DNA of 64,000 nt from Chamaesiphon sp. 336R_metabinner_41 (GCA_025359915.1 JANYDE010000073.1:994-64993), one strand, 5' to 3'; positions 23,225-34,515 are shown, counted from the first letter of the stretch. The notes: generated by a model from the letters alone, not told the origin. Translations and numbers: made by a program.

Positions 23225-23788
23225 ATGTCCTCATCTCCCCAGTCTGAAGATTTCGATGATGCTGAGTTAGTAACACTAACCGATGAAGCTGGGCGAGAAC
23301 TCCCCTGCTTCATCGAGCGCGAACTAGAACTCGATAGCAAAACGTATTTGCTATTGTTACCAGTAAACTCACCAATTGAAATTTTTGCTTGGGATGAAGA
23401 TGATGAAATTACCGAACTAGTTTGCGTCGAGGAAGAAGAAGAAATCAGTCGGATTTTTGCGGACGCTCATGCAGTACTAGCCGAACAAAATCTTACACTC
23501 AAACGGACTGCTTTTACGCTCAGTGCGATCGGTGAATTACCACCGCTCGATCCGACAGAAGTAGTCACGATCGAAATTGACGAAGATGATGATAGTTTAG
23601 AGCCAGAAGAGTTTCAAATTTTGGCACGCTTTTACAATGAAGAGCAAGAGTATGCAATTTGCACGCCCGTAGATCCACTCCTATTCTTCGGTAAAGCTGA
23701 CGACGAAGGTTCGATTGCGCTCCTCTCCGAAGAAGAAGCCGAACAACTCCAACCGATGCTCGAAGACATGTTATTAGATGAAATCTAG
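23225..23788 (+). CDS. DUF3727 family acidic protein
   Basis: LTDEAGRELPCFIE...LLLPVNSPIEIFAW; highly acidic; typical cyanobacterial position before mltG. Confidence 0.8.
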   Translation: MSSSPQSEDFDDAELVTLTDEAGRELPCFIERELELDSKTYLLLLPVNSPIEIFAWDEDDEITELVCVEEEEEISRIFADAHAVLAEQNLTLKRTAFTLSAIGELPPLDPTEVVTIEIDEDDDSLEPEEFQILARFYNEEQEYAICTPVDPLLFFGKADDEGSIALLSEEEAEQLQPMLEDMLLDEI

Positions 23789-24866
23789 AGCTGGAGAATT
23801 ACCCTTGAAACTAATCAAAACTACCCCAAAGTGGCTATTGATTTCTGCACCCATCGTACTGTTAACACTCCTATTTGGTGGCGGTAACTTGTGGTGGCAT
23901 GGCATAACCGCACCTGCTTCCAGCGATCCGAATGCTAAAGGGATCGAAATCCAAGTCAAACCTGGTACTTCTGGTCAAGCAATTGGCAAAGAGTTAGAAG
24001 CCAAAGGGATCATCAAATCCCAAACAGCTTGGAAACTGTGGACATTTTGGCAAGCTAAACAGGGAAAAGGTTCGCCTCAAACTGGCAACTATGAACTATT
24101 GCCAAATAAACCATTGTCTGATGTTGCAGCCCAACTATTAGAAGGAAAAGTAGTTCAATCTGGCTTTACCATCCGTGAGGGTTGGAATATCAGACAGATG
24201 GGTGAATACTTTGAAAAGGAAGGTTTATTCAAGGCTGTTGATTTTGTCGCTGCGACCAAGGAAATTCCCAAGGATAAGTTTCCCTGGCTACCTGATGGGA
24301 TTCCGCATTTAGAAGGATTTCTGTTTCCTGAAACTTATAAAGTTCCTAAGGAAACAATCACTCCCAAAGGCGTAGTGACGCAGATGCTCAAGCAATTCGA
24401 GCAAGTCGCCTTACCAGAGTATCAGAAGGCTGCTGCGACTCAAAAGCTTAGTTTGTTGCAATGGGTAAGTTTATCGAGTGTAGTCGAAAAAGAGGCGGTA
24501 ATTCCGATCGAACGTCCCCTGATTGCAGGTGTATTTACGACTAGATTGACTAAGAATATGCGGCTAGAATCCGATCCTACCGTAGAATATGGACTCGGAA
24601 TCAAACAGACTGCCGATCGACCTTTAACATTTGCAGAAGTTAAGCGACCCAACCCTTATAATACCTATATGAATGCTGGAATTCCACCTGGCCCAATTTC
24701 TAGCCCAGGAATTGGAAGTCTCAAAGCAGTACTCAATCCTGACACTACCGAATCACTGTTCTTTGTGGCCAAATATGATGGTACTCATGTATTTAGCAAA
24801 ACCTTAAAGGAACATGTCGCCGCAACTAATTCGATTCGTCAGCAACGCAACGCTGGGAAAAAATAA
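23778..24866 (+). CDS. mltG: Endolytic transglycosylase MltG
   Basis: LEGFLFPETY, SVVEKEA, LESDPTVEY, PYNTYMNAGIPPGPISSPG. Confidence 0.95.
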   Translation: MKSRAGELPLKLIKTTPKWLLISAPIVLLTLLFGGGNLWWHGITAPASSDPNAKGIEIQVKPGTSGQAIGKELEAKGIIKSQTAWKLWTFWQAKQGKGSPQTGNYELLPNKPLSDVAAQLLEGKVVQSGFTIREGWNIRQMGEYFEKEGLFKAVDFVAATKEIPKDKFPWLPDGIPHLEGFLFPETYKVPKETITPKGVVTQMLKQFEQVALPEYQKAAATQKLSLLQWVSLSSVVEKEAVIPIERPLIAGVFTTRLTKNMRLESDPTVEYGLGIKQTADRPLTFAEVKRPNPYNTYMNAGIPPGPISSPGIGSLKAVLNPDTTESLFFVAKYDGTHVFSKTLKEHVAATNSIRQQRNAGKK

Positions 24867-25121
24867 CTAATTGTAATTCATCACCCAACATCGTGGGAGA
24901 ATACTTCGTAGACGATTATGTTTGCGAAGTGTTTTTTATGGGACATATCCCCGACTGTCTTGTCTCTCTTCCATGGTCGGGGATATAGCAGTAATGATTG
25001 AAATGTCCGATAAAATCTAGAAAGGTTGGGTGGGTTTAAATTAAATTTATAGTGTTGTTTTGACTGATAGTATAAACCCACCCGTACAGATCCGAACCCC
25101 TAACCCCCATCCCCTCAAAAA

Positions 25122-25643
25122 ATGGCATTATTCCCCCTCTTACAGGCTGACTTAGTACTAAATAGATCCGTCTTGGATTTAACCCCAGAAATTCTGGCTC
25201 GATATCAGATTGATGGCTTGGTATTAGATGTCGATGACACTATTGTACCGATCGGTAGTAGCAAAGCTCAACCAGAACTTGCTCAGTGGATCGAGGAAAT
25301 TAGAGAAATTGTCCCGCTGTGGTTGGTGACAAATAATCCTAGTCAAGTTAGAATCGGAGCGATTGCCGATAGCTTATCACTACCGTATTTTCTCAGCGCG
25401 GGTAAACCATCCCGACGCAAACTTCGCCAAGCAGTGGCAGAGATGCAACTAGAACCCGCACGAGTAGCGATGGTTGGGGATCGGATCTTTACCGATGTGC
25501 TCGCGGGTAATCGGTTGGGAATGTTTACTATCTTAATCGATCCGATCGTCAGTCAAGACTCCACCTTCAGTTTTCACATTCTGCGCCAAGTTGAGTTTGC
25601 ACTCGCACGGCTACTCGGCGTATCTTTCACAACGAAGAAATAA
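25122..25643 (+). CDS. YqeG family HAD IIIA phosphatase
   Basis: LVLDVDDT, AGKP, MVGDRIFTDVLAGNRLG. Confidence 0.92.
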   Translation: MALFPLLQADLVLNRSVLDLTPEILARYQIDGLVLDVDDTIVPIGSSKAQPELAQWIEEIREIVPLWLVTNNPSQVRIGAIADSLSLPYFLSAGKPSRRKLRQAVAEMQLEPARVAMVGDRIFTDVLAGNRLGMFTILIDPIVSQDSTFSFHILRQVEFALARLLGVSFTTKK

Positions 25644-25931
25644 ATCTTAATTAAAAATAACAAATGCTAAATATATCGAAATGTAAATAAATTATTAAGA
25701 AATGCGGGATCGTCGAAAATATCTGGCATTATAGTTTTATTGGAAATGGAGTCAGCCCATATAAAGACTCTAAACATAATATAAAACATAAAAACTTTCA
25801 GAGCGTTAGCTGCCAAAAATAGGTAGATGACGCTCTGAAAACTTTTATAGAGTATTTTTCAATGACGATCGAATATTCTCGCTCCATTGCCGAAAGCATC
25901 GATCCCTAACTAGTACGCCCCGATCCCCAGT

Positions 25932-27038
25932 ATGTCTCAGACCTTAGTCATCAAAGTTGGTACATCGAGTCTAACCCGTGGAGATGGCAGATTAGCATTA
26001 GCAACCATCGCCGCTTTAGTTGAAACGATCGTCGATTTACGCGCCCAAGGCTATCAAATTGTTTTAGTATCTTCTGGTGCGGTTGGAGTTGGGGCATCGA
26101 GACTGGGAATGACGGAGCGTCCGAAAACTATCGCCCTGAAGCAAGCTGCGGCTGCTGTCGGACAAGGTATCATCATGCGGGTGTATGATGACTTATTTCG
26201 TGAGCATCAACAGCCTGTCGCGCAAATATTATTGACACGGGGGGATCTGGACAGGCGGAGTAGTTATATTAATGCTTATAATACTTTTCAAGAGCTGTTT
26301 CGATTGGGAGTGATGCCGATCGTCAATGAAAATGATACAGTTGCTGTAGATGAATTAAAGTTTGGGGACAATGATACGCTATCGGCGAGAGTAGCGAGTC
26401 TAATCGATGCTGATTGGTTATTTTTACTGACTGATGTCGATCGATTGTACTCTGCGGATCCACGTAAATTTCCCGATGCTCAACCGATTATTCAAATCGA
26501 TCGATTAGAAGATTTAACCACCCTCCAGATTCAAACTGGTGGCGAGGGTTCAGAATGGGGAACAGGGGGGATGGTGACGAAAATAGCCGCCGCTGGGATC
26601 GCAACTGGTGCAGGGGTGCGAACAGCAATTACTCACGGACAATTTCCCCAATATATCGAGCGGATTTTGCACGGGGAACCATTGGGAACTCAATTTACGC
26701 CGCAATTACGCGCCGATAGTGCCAGAAAACGCTGGATTGCTCACGGGTTGGTGACGATAGGGAAGATTTATATCGATCCTGGTGCGGTAGCAGCGATTAG
26801 TACTGGGGGTAAATCTTTATTACCCGCCGGAATCACCCAGATTGTCGGGAATTTTGAGGCGACAGATGCGGTGGAATTGTGCGATGGATTAGGCAAAGAG
26901 ATCGCGCGGGGAATTGTCAACTATAGTAGTGTGGAACTCGATCGGATTCAAGGACATCGATCGACTGATATCATTGAGTTACTCGGCTATGTTGGTGAAG
27001 AAACTGTGGTACATCGCGATAATCTAGTGTTGAGCTAA
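25932..27038 (+). CDS. proB: Glutamate 5-kinase
   Basis: [37 protein letters not shown]-terminal PUA domain. Confidence 0.97.
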   Translation: MSQTLVIKVGTSSLTRGDGRLALATIAALVETIVDLRAQGYQIVLVSSGAVGVGASRLGMTERPKTIALKQAAAAVGQGIIMRVYDDLFREHQQPVAQILLTRGDLDRRSSYINAYNTFQELFRLGVMPIVNENDTVAVDELKFGDNDTLSARVASLIDADWLFLLTDVDRLYSADPRKFPDAQPIIQIDRLEDLTTLQIQTGGEGSEWGTGGMVTKIAAAGIATGAGVRTAITHGQFPQYIERILHGEPLGTQFTPQLRADSARKRWIAHGLVTIGKIYIDPGAVAAISTGGKSLLPAGITQIVGNFEATDAVELCDGLGKEIARGIVNYSSVELDRIQGHRSTDIIELLGYVGEETVVHRDNLVLS

Positions 27039-27077
27039 AATCCCCTATCCCCTATCCCCTATCCCCTCTTTAAATAT

Positions 27078-27878
27078 ATGTGGCAATGGCAAACCTGGCA
27101 GGAATTACCGTATTTAACCTGCGATTTACTTGCTGATTGGCAACATGGCTTTTTTACTCGTCAATTTGCACCACGAGATCCGCAGGAGATGACACCTATA
27201 TTGTCTGCAACGGCGAGTACTCACCGCCTCAAGCAGGTGCATGGAAATGTGGTATTTACCCCCAGCGAAATCGCACTTACGACAAGCAGAGAAGTAGAAA
27301 CTGGCTATGCGATGGCTGATGGAGTATTGACGGAGCAACAAGAGCAAGCTGTCTGGGTAGCCAGTGCTGATTGTAACCCGATTTTGATTGCCAATCGCCA
27401 GACAGGTAATGTCGCCGCTGTACATGCTGGCTGGCGGGGTACGTCGCTAAATATTGCGACTGTGGCAGTAAAAAGATTATTGGCGCAAGGGGGCAGTCTC
27501 AGTGATATTATCGTAGCGATCGGTCCAGCGATCGATGGTGAGGTGTATCAGGTGACTAGTCAGACGGGATTGGAAGTCTGTCGATCGTTGGCGAAGCCTC
27601 TCGGTACGAGAATCGTCCAAAAACCATTCTCAGGCGATGTCGATGCTGATATCATCGATTTACTAGCAATTCCTAATTCCCCCCTATTACCAGACGCGCA
27701 AGCGGGCAGAGTGAGGCTAGATGTACGACGGGTAAATCAAATCCAACTCGAACAATTAGGCGTAGATCCTACCCAAATTTCGATCTCACCTCACTGTACT
27801 TTTCAATCACCTGAATATTTTTTCTCCTATCGTCGCGAGAAACTAAAGAAAATTCAATGGTCAGGAATAGTAAGTTAG
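27078..27878 (+). CDS. pgeF: PgeF/YfiH laccase-domain protein
   Basis: KQVHG, ADG, SADCNPIL, AAVHAGWRG, FFSYRR. Confidence 0.92.
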   Translation: MWQWQTWQELPYLTCDLLADWQHGFFTRQFAPRDPQEMTPILSATASTHRLKQVHGNVVFTPSEIALTTSREVETGYAMADGVLTEQQEQAVWVASADCNPILIANRQTGNVAAVHAGWRGTSLNIATVAVKRLLAQGGSLSDIIVAIGPAIDGEVYQVTSQTGLEVCRSLAKPLGTRIVQKPFSGDVDADIIDLLAIPNSPLLPDAQAGRVRLDVRRVNQIQLEQLGVDPTQISISPHCTFQSPEYFFSYRREKLKKIQWSGIVS

Positions 27879-28047
27879 TGGTTTAGCGAAAAGTGCGGTC
27901 TTGGGGTTTCCCCAAGTGAAGCACCTTTTCAAGACAGTGGTTGCGCGAAATACGAGTGCTGATTCGATTGCGATTATCTGAACAGTAGATGATGGGCAAT
28001 GCCCATCCAAACAATTAGCTAAAAACTAAACCACTAAACCACCAAAA

Positions 28048-30501
28048 CTAGACTGGAACTTTCCAAACTTGAATATCCCCATAACTACCAGTAGCAATAG
28101 TCCTACTGTCAGCACTAATTGCCACAGATAAGATCGATCGATCGTTCATGGAGATAGTATGTAGAAGCTGACCATCGCTGAGATTCCAGATATTGACAGT
28201 GCGATCTTCGCCACCACTGACAATTGTCCGTCCATCGGGAGAAATTGCGACGCAGGAGATCGATTTGGAATGTCCGATCAGTGTATCGATCAGATTACCT
28301 GTCGTTACATCCCAAATTTTAATGCTGCAATCGTGACTAGCACTGACAACTTTAGTCCCATCAGGGGTAATTGCCACTCCACTAATCCGACCACTGTGTC
28401 CTAATAAGGTTTTGATCAGTCGTCCTTCCTGGAGATGCCACAACCTAACTGTATAGTCACTACTACCACTAGCGACGAGCTGATATTGTTGGTGAGTAGC
28501 CACACAAGCAATATTTTGCAGATGTCCAGGACACTGGTGAATCAACAAACCGCTTTCAGGCTGCCAGATTTTGAGGATTGAATCATTGCCACCTGTGACT
28601 AATCTCTGTCCATCAGTTGTCAAAGAGATGGCATTAACCGCAGCTTTATTATCGATTAACTGTGGTAATTTTGTTCCGGTAATTAGTTGCCACCATTGAA
28701 TTGTGCCATCCAAACTACCGCTAATAATTGTCTCCGCATCAGGAGTGAGTAAAACACTATAAATCCAGTGACTATGACCAAGTAAATTGTGAATCAATTT
28801 ACCATCTGATAGCCGCCAGACCTTGACGGCATCATCGACATGGGTAATATCACCATGTCCGCTTACCAACCATTGTCCATCGGCACTAAGCGCGAGAGTA
28901 TATACCTCACTAAAGTATCCGGTAAGTTGGCTGACTAGGGCAATGCGATCGTAAGCAATTGGTTCGAGTTCGGGTAATCCGATTTCTGGATCTACGAATG
29001 CCACCATTCCCGTTGCTTCCGTGTTATCCCAAGTTTGGGTAACTCCCAGCAGTTCTTTTGATTGCAGGGTGATATGTGCAAGTCGATTCCAGTTTGAGGT
29101 GGGAGCGGCACTCTGTTGACAGATAATCGGTAGACAACTGGCATCTGGTACCACTTTTTCGATCGCTTTGAGCCGTTCGCGCGCGTCCCTAACGGCAAGC
29201 GGAAGTGATTTACCGCCAGAAAAAGCTTTGAGAAATAGTTTGACAAATTCCTGGGCGACTTGATCTTGGACGGCTTCTCGCATCACAATCAGATTGGGAA
29301 TCTGGAGATCGACTAGTTCGCTGGCAAGATCTAAACCCTCACCACAATTGAGGATCAATAATTTTAAACCCTGTTGAACTGCTGCCCTAATTCGATATTT
29401 TAATTCGGTAATCCCAATTGTATCGTGCTGATTGATATAGATCCGATTGTTGGGTAAGTATCCAGAAATATAGCTGCTAAAAAACAGTACACTCCAGGAT
29501 TTTTGAGTTACTAACTTGACAAAATCGGCATTACTAGGTGCGACCAAAAATTCCGACTTAGTATAGGGCAATGCCTCTAAATACTCTTTACTGCGATCGA
29601 GTTTTATCCCTTGAGCACTAGTGAGCACAGATAGTACCGAAACTTCCAATTTTTCTTCACTTGTTACATTGTCAGAGATCGTCGGAATCGGTGAAACGCT
29701 GACTTCCATTTGGGGATATCGATCGAGTAAGGGCTGCCAAATCGATGTCCACGGCAGCTTCATCAGTGCCTTGGAACGGCTTCTCACGATCGTATCAACC
29801 TCTAACTCAGGATCGAGAGTTGTCGCCAGTCGCTCGCGGATTGTCTGAAAACCTGGAGCACCATACCATTGATGTAAGTTTGCTTGCATCATCGCCCCCG
29901 CATCCAAACAGTCGTTGATTCGCTCTGGCACCAAGCTCACTGCTTTGCTACTCATTAAACGATGATTTTGGGGATCGAGACGACGATATCTATTTTGCCA
30001 TTCCTGATACTGTGTCATCATTGTGGCTAGATTCGGGAAGGTCACAACTGTTTGGGAGAGCATCTGACGATTGGCTGCCAAAACGGTCATGTCAACTTGA
30101 AGTACTTTACCTGCTTGGATTTCTTCAACTGTAAAAATGACTTCAGTCCCCCACACCACTGATGCCGATACTCTTGCACTATCGTCAGCAGCCGCTCTTT
30201 CTCCCGTTGGTTCTGTAGACTGTTGAGCGTACAACGGCTCCATTTCCTGACAGAGCAAATTAGCCACAGTATAATAATTCGTACTGTGATTGAGTCTAAT
30301 TACAATCCGGTAGAGCAAATACTTCAGCTCAACTATTGAAGCATGGCGATCTCGCAATTCTTGGAGATGACTTTTGAACTTAATCGTACTCAGTTGTTGA
30401 GCTTCATTGCTCCAATTATTCGTACATGCACAAAATACCAGCTTTTTAATTCTGCCAATGTGATTACTTTGTTCTAGATTATGTACGATTGCATCCAACA
30501 T
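28048..30501 (-). CDS. CHAT-like domain plus C-terminal WD40 repeat protein
   Basis: LKLLILNCGEG...IVMREAVQDQVAQEFV (CHAT-like) followed by about 7 GH...W WD40 repeats. Confidence 0.85.
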   Translation of the reverse strand: MLDAIVHNLEQSNHIGRIKKLVFCACTNNWSNEAQQLSTIKFKSHLQELRDRHASIVELKYLLYRIVIRLNHSTNYYTVANLLCQEMEPLYAQQSTEPTGERAAADDSARVSASVVWGTEVIFTVEEIQAGKVLQVDMTVLAANRQMLSQTVVTFPNLATMMTQYQEWQNRYRRLDPQNHRLMSSKAVSLVPERINDCLDAGAMMQANLHQWYGAPGFQTIRERLATTLDPELEVDTIVRSRSKALMKLPWTSIWQPLLDRYPQMEVSVSPIPTISDNVTSEEKLEVSVLSVLTSAQGIKLDRSKEYLEALPYTKSEFLVAPSNADFVKLVTQKSWSVLFFSSYISGYLPNNRIYINQHDTIGITELKYRIRAAVQQGLKLLILNCGEGLDLASELVDLQIPNLIVMREAVQDQVAQEFVKLFLKAFSGGKSLPLAVRDARERLKAIEKVVPDASCLPIICQQSAAPTSNWNRLAHITLQSKELLGVTQTWDNTEATGMVAFVDPEIGLPELEPIAYDRIALVSQLTGYFSEVYTLALSADGQWLVSGHGDITHVDDAVKVWRLSDGKLIHNLLGHSHWIYSVLLTPDAETIISGSLDGTIQWWQLITGTKLPQLIDNKAAVNAISLTTDGQRLVTGGNDSILKIWQPESGLLIHQCPGHLQNIACVATHQQYQLVASGSSDYTVRLWHLQEGRLIKTLLGHSGRISGVAITPDGTKVVSASHDCSIKIWDVTTGNLIDTLIGHSKSISCVAISPDGRTIVSGGEDRTVNIWNLSDGQLLHTISMNDRSILSVAISADSRTIATGSYGDIQVWKVPV

Positions 30502-30869
30502 CCCTGACTCCCGATTAAGACTCCATTCCCTTCTGGGCTGGCTATTGCCATACCCATTTTGATTAGACAGTATTCAACTATATTTAGTTGCTCATCTCAT
30601 GGCTTAAAAAAATGATAATGGTAGAGACATTTTTTGATTTTACGTGAGTGACAATAATTGTAGCTTGGATTGAAAGCCTAAAAAGATAATCGATCGATAG
30701 CCATCGTCGATCTCTAGCTCACGGATAGATTGAACTACCCATAGCTCTATTATTCCCCAAATATTAGTAATCTTTACTATCACAATCCGATCGAACTTTG
30801 GTATCTGATTGCTACACTACTATTTATTGCCTGTTAGTCTCCACTCCCTAATTTTTAAGACTGAACACC

Positions 30870-31820
30870 ATGAAGATCGCCAACAATATCACGGAGTTAG
30901 TCGGACGCACCCCCCTCGTCAGACTCAATCGCATCCCTCAATCCGAAGGCTGTGTTGCCGAAATCGTCGTCAAACTAGAGAGCATGAATCCCGCTGCATC
31001 CGTCAAGGATCGGATTGGGGTAAATATGATTGAGTCAGCCGAGAAAGAAGGCTTAATTACGCCTGGTAAAACAATTTTAGTCGAACCAACATCTGGAAAT
31101 ACCGGAATTGCCCTGGCAATGGTGGCAGCCGCGAAGGGATATCGATTAATTCTCACGATGCCTGAAACCATGAGTCTCGAACGTAGAGCCTTATTAAAAG
31201 CCTATGGTGCTCAATTGGAATTGACTCCAGGCAGTGAAGGGATGAGCGGCTGTATTCGTCGCGCTCAGGAGATTGTCGATAAAACGCCACATGCTTATAT
31301 GTTGCAGCAATTTCGCAATCCAGCTAATCCTCAAATTCATCGCAATACTACCGCTGAAGAAATTTGGGCAGATACCGATGGTACCGTAGATATCCTCGTG
31401 GCTGGAGTTGGCACGGGGGGAACGATTACCGGAATCTCTGAAGTCCTCAAACTCCGTAAACCAGGATTTAAAGCAATTGCCGTTGAGCCAACTAATAGTG
31501 ATGTACTATCTGGCGGCAGACCAGGACCTCACAAAATTCAGGGGATTGGGGCAGGTTTTGTACCTCAAGTATTGAAAATTGAGATGATTGATGAAGTAAT
31601 TAAGGTGACAGACCAACAAGCGATCGATTATGGACGTAGATTAGCACGAGAAGAAGGCTTATTGTCAGGCATTTCTTCGGGTGCAGCTTTATGTGCAGCA
31701 ATCGAAGTCGGTCGTCGTCCCGAAAATAAGGGTAAACTAATTGTGATGATTCAGCCTAGTTTTGGCGAACGCTATCTCAGTACGCCTCTATTTCAAGACC
31801 CAGAACTTCAGACAGTTTAA
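30870..31820 (+). CDS. cysK: Cysteine synthase A
   Basis: [12 protein letters not shown] (PLP Lys), [30 protein letters not shown]. Confidence 0.98.
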   Translation: MKIANNITELVGRTPLVRLNRIPQSEGCVAEIVVKLESMNPAASVKDRIGVNMIESAEKEGLITPGKTILVEPTSGNTGIALAMVAAAKGYRLILTMPETMSLERRALLKAYGAQLELTPGSEGMSGCIRRAQEIVDKTPHAYMLQQFRNPANPQIHRNTTAEEIWADTDGTVDILVAGVGTGGTITGISEVLKLRKPGFKAIAVEPTNSDVLSGGRPGPHKIQGIGAGFVPQVLKIEMIDEVIKVTDQQAIDYGRRLAREEGLLSGISSGAALCAAIEVGRRPENKGKLIVMIQPSFGERYLSTPLFQDPELQTV

Positions 31821-31907
31821 TCTTTGTTTGAGATTAAATTTATCCGATTGCTACTTTCTCAAGCCCAAAGCCTAAAGCCCAAAGCCCAAAGCCTAAAGCC
31901 TAATTCG

Positions 31908-32588
31908 ATGTCAGAAACGCACTACCAAGTTCTCCAAATTCCCGCCAAGGCTAGTGCTGATGAGATCAAACAGTCTTATCGGCAGTTAGCCAAAAAGTTT
32001 CATCCTGATGTGAATGGTGGTAAAACAAATGCCGATCTCATCATCAAAATTAATGCCGCCTATGAAATCTTAGGCGACGAACTCAAACGCAGAGAATATG
32101 ATTATCTCCTCCAGCCAAAAGTCGTAATCCCTCGCCAACAACAATCATCAGCACACATTCCCCGTCGTCCTCGTACCTCTGAACACGAATTAGACGAAGA
32201 TTTAGTCTTGTGGCTAAATCAAGTTTATACGCCGATAAATCGGACCATCGGCTGGATTATTAAACCGCTAAAGATGCAAGTTCAAGAACTTTCAGCAGAT
32301 CCATTCGATGACGAGCTAATGGGAAGATTTGAGGCCTATGTGACCGAATGCCAGCAGCATTTGCAGAAAATTGATAAGACTTTTCATTCGATGTCTAACC
32401 CAGCATTGCTTGCGGAGATTGCAGCTAATTTATATTACTGTATCAACCAAGTAGCTGATGGTGTGAAAGAACTAAATTTCTACGTCATGAACTATGATGA
32501 AAGCTGCTTGCATGATGGAATTGAGATGTTTAAAATCGCCGCTCAGTTGCAAAAAGAAACCAATAAAAAAATCAAAAGCTATCGATAA
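31908..32588 (+). CDS. DnaJ-domain protein
   Basis: HYQVLQI...YRQLAKKFHPD...INAAYEILGD; ATG at 31908 follows the (AAGCCCA/AAGCCTA)n repeat. Confidence 0.88.
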   Translation: MSETHYQVLQIPAKASADEIKQSYRQLAKKFHPDVNGGKTNADLIIKINAAYEILGDELKRREYDYLLQPKVVIPRQQQSSAHIPRRPRTSEHELDEDLVLWLNQVYTPINRTIGWIIKPLKMQVQELSADPFDDELMGRFEAYVTECQQHLQKIDKTFHSMSNPALLAEIAANLYYCINQVADGVKELNFYVMNYDESCLHDGIEMFKIAAQLQKETNKKIKSYR

Positions 32589-32590
32589 AA

Positions 32591-32618
32591 GTAGGGGCAA
32601 TTCATGAATTGCCCCTAC
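32591..32618. repeat. GTAGGGGCAATTCATGAATTGCCCCTAC perfect palindrome (GTAG REP family)
   Basis: 28-nt perfect inverted repeat; related to 6481-6540. Confidence 0.85.
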
Positions 32619-32626
32619 TTTTATCT

Positions 32627-32696
32627 ATCTCCAATCTCCAATCTCCAATCTCCAATCTCCAATCTCCAATCTCCAATCTCCAATCTCCAATCTCCA
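32627..32696. repeat. Heptamer tandem repeat (ATCTCCA)x10
   Basis: Ten perfect units ending immediately before the ATG at 32697. Confidence 0.95.
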
Positions 32697-33803
32697 ATGC
32701 GAATCGCCCTATTCACTGAGACTTTTTTACCAAAAGTTGATGGCATCGTCACTCGACTCAAACACACGATCGAACAATTGCAAAAACGTGGCAATGAGGT
32801 ATTAGTTTTTTGTCCAGCCGGAGGATTGGAATCTTACTGTGGAGCTAAAATATATGGATTGTCAGCCTTTCCCCTGCCGCTCTATCCCGAACTAAAGATC
32901 GCCTTACCTCGACCAGAAATTGGTAGAGAATTAGCAAGGTTTAAACCAGATATCGTTCATGTGGTCAATCCAGCCGTATTAGGACTCGCGGGAATTTTGT
33001 ATGCCAAATTACATCGGGTGCCGTTGGTAGCTTCTTACCATACTCACCTGCCCAAATATCTTGAACACTACGGTTTGGGGATGTTAGAAGGATTGCTGTG
33101 GGAATTGTTAAAAGGAGCGCATAATCAAGCAGCCTTAAATTTATGTACTTCTAGTGTAATGGTGCGAGAATTGCGCGAACATGGGATCGATCGAGTTGAT
33201 CTATGGCAACGTGGCGTAGATACCGAAACTTTTCATCCAGCGAAGGCAACCACCGAAATGCGTCACCATTTGACCCAGGGTGAGCCAACCAGCCGTCTAT
33301 TACTGTACATTGGTCGTCTGGGAGCTGAAAAGGAAATCGAGCAGATTAGACCTGTTTTAGCAGCAATTCCTGGAGCGAGACTGGCGATCGTCGGTGATGG
33401 CCCTCACCGTGCTAATTTAGAGACTTATTTTGCGGGGACTCCCACACATTTTGTCGGTTATCTCGGTGGCGAGAAATTAGCAGCAGCCTATGCTGTCGCC
33501 GATGCGTTTATTTTTCCATCGCGGACGGAGACGCTGGGTTTAGTATTGTTGGAAGCAATGGCCGCAGGATGTCCGGTAGTTGCGGCTCGATCGGGTGGAA
33601 TTCCTGATATAGTCACAGATGGACACAATGGCTATCTCTTCGATCCTCAAGATCCCCAAGGCTCGATCCTCGCGACGAAACAACTTTTCGCTGATTCTGA
33701 ATCTTATCTCCAACTTCGCAACAATGCTCGTGCAGAAGCCGAACGCTGGAATTGGGCTACTGCAACTGAGCAGTTACAAGGATATTATCAATTAGTGGTT
33801 TAG
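32697..33803 (+). CDS. sqdX: GT4 glycosyltransferase, SqdX (sulfolipid synthase)-like
   Basis: MRIALFTETFLPKVDGIVTRL, SYHTHLPKYL, ETLGLVLLEAMAAG. Confidence 0.8.
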   Translation: MRIALFTETFLPKVDGIVTRLKHTIEQLQKRGNEVLVFCPAGGLESYCGAKIYGLSAFPLPLYPELKIALPRPEIGRELARFKPDIVHVVNPAVLGLAGILYAKLHRVPLVASYHTHLPKYLEHYGLGMLEGLLWELLKGAHNQAALNLCTSSVMVRELREHGIDRVDLWQRGVDTETFHPAKATTEMRHHLTQGEPTSRLLLYIGRLGAEKEIEQIRPVLAAIPGARLAIVGDGPHRANLETYFAGTPTHFVGYLGGEKLAAAYAVADAFIFPSRTETLGLVLLEAMAAGCPVVAARSGGIPDIVTDGHNGYLFDPQDPQGSILATKQLFADSESYLQLRNNARAEAERWNWATATEQLQGYYQLVV

Positions 33804-33826
33804 AAGATGGTAGCGAAAATTTCTCA

Positions 33827-34096
33827 CTAATCCCCCGTTTCCTCGTTATTCTCTCCCAAAAATGGTTGTTGACCAATCCCCAGCTCTTTCTTGCTGCGTT
33901 TGAGTTCCTTCCATAGAGCCTTGATTTGCTTGTAAGACTCTTCTGGGGTGAGCTTGCCAGAGGTTTCTAGACTACAGATGAAGCTAACTTTTTGAGTGAA
34001 TTCCTGTAAGTTGTTATTGAACACCAAATTTTCGGGTTTAAACTCACCGTGATAACGATTATTGTGATACAAAAAGAAATCTAGCTCTTTTGGCAT
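33827..34096 (-). CDS. Small conserved cyanobacterial protein
   Basis: NLQEFTQKVSFICSLETSGKLTPEESYKQIKALWKELK motif. Confidence 0.75.
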   Translation of the reverse strand: MPKELDFFLYHNNRYHGEFKPENLVFNNNLQEFTQKVSFICSLETSGKLTPEESYKQIKALWKELKRSKKELGIGQQPFLGENNEETGD

Positions 34097-34515
34097 TGAT
34101 ATTGCGTCCTATCTGTTGCGATACAATGATAATTGATGAGTACTTAGAGTTTCTCATCCTACTTGATGGAGAACCACTTCTGAGAACTAAATGAATATCT
34201 GTGGGTATATTGTATCTCGTTGACGTTGGCGTAGCCGCTGCTTGAGCAGAAGCCTCTCCACCGGAGAGTCGATAGTCATCTATCTTCAATTACTAGACGC
34301 GTATTCCTTAGACAATAACTATAACTATTTAAGTTTGTGCTTATCTTTAACCTTTTCTTAACCTAACTTTTCCAGCTCTTCCCCACAGACGGCACCAGAT
34401 AGAAGTACGGCAATAAAATTAAGATTGCCGGATTGACTATCGACTAATATCCACGAACCAACACCAGTTTTCAACTAAAATTTGGTGTTGCTCATCTAAT
34501 TTTAACTATTTCAGC

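Noticed and set aside
31824-31907. N-terminal extension of the DnaJ protein (KPKAQSL repeats)
   Set aside because: It is a translation of the heptamer repeat; the J domain begins at ATG 31908
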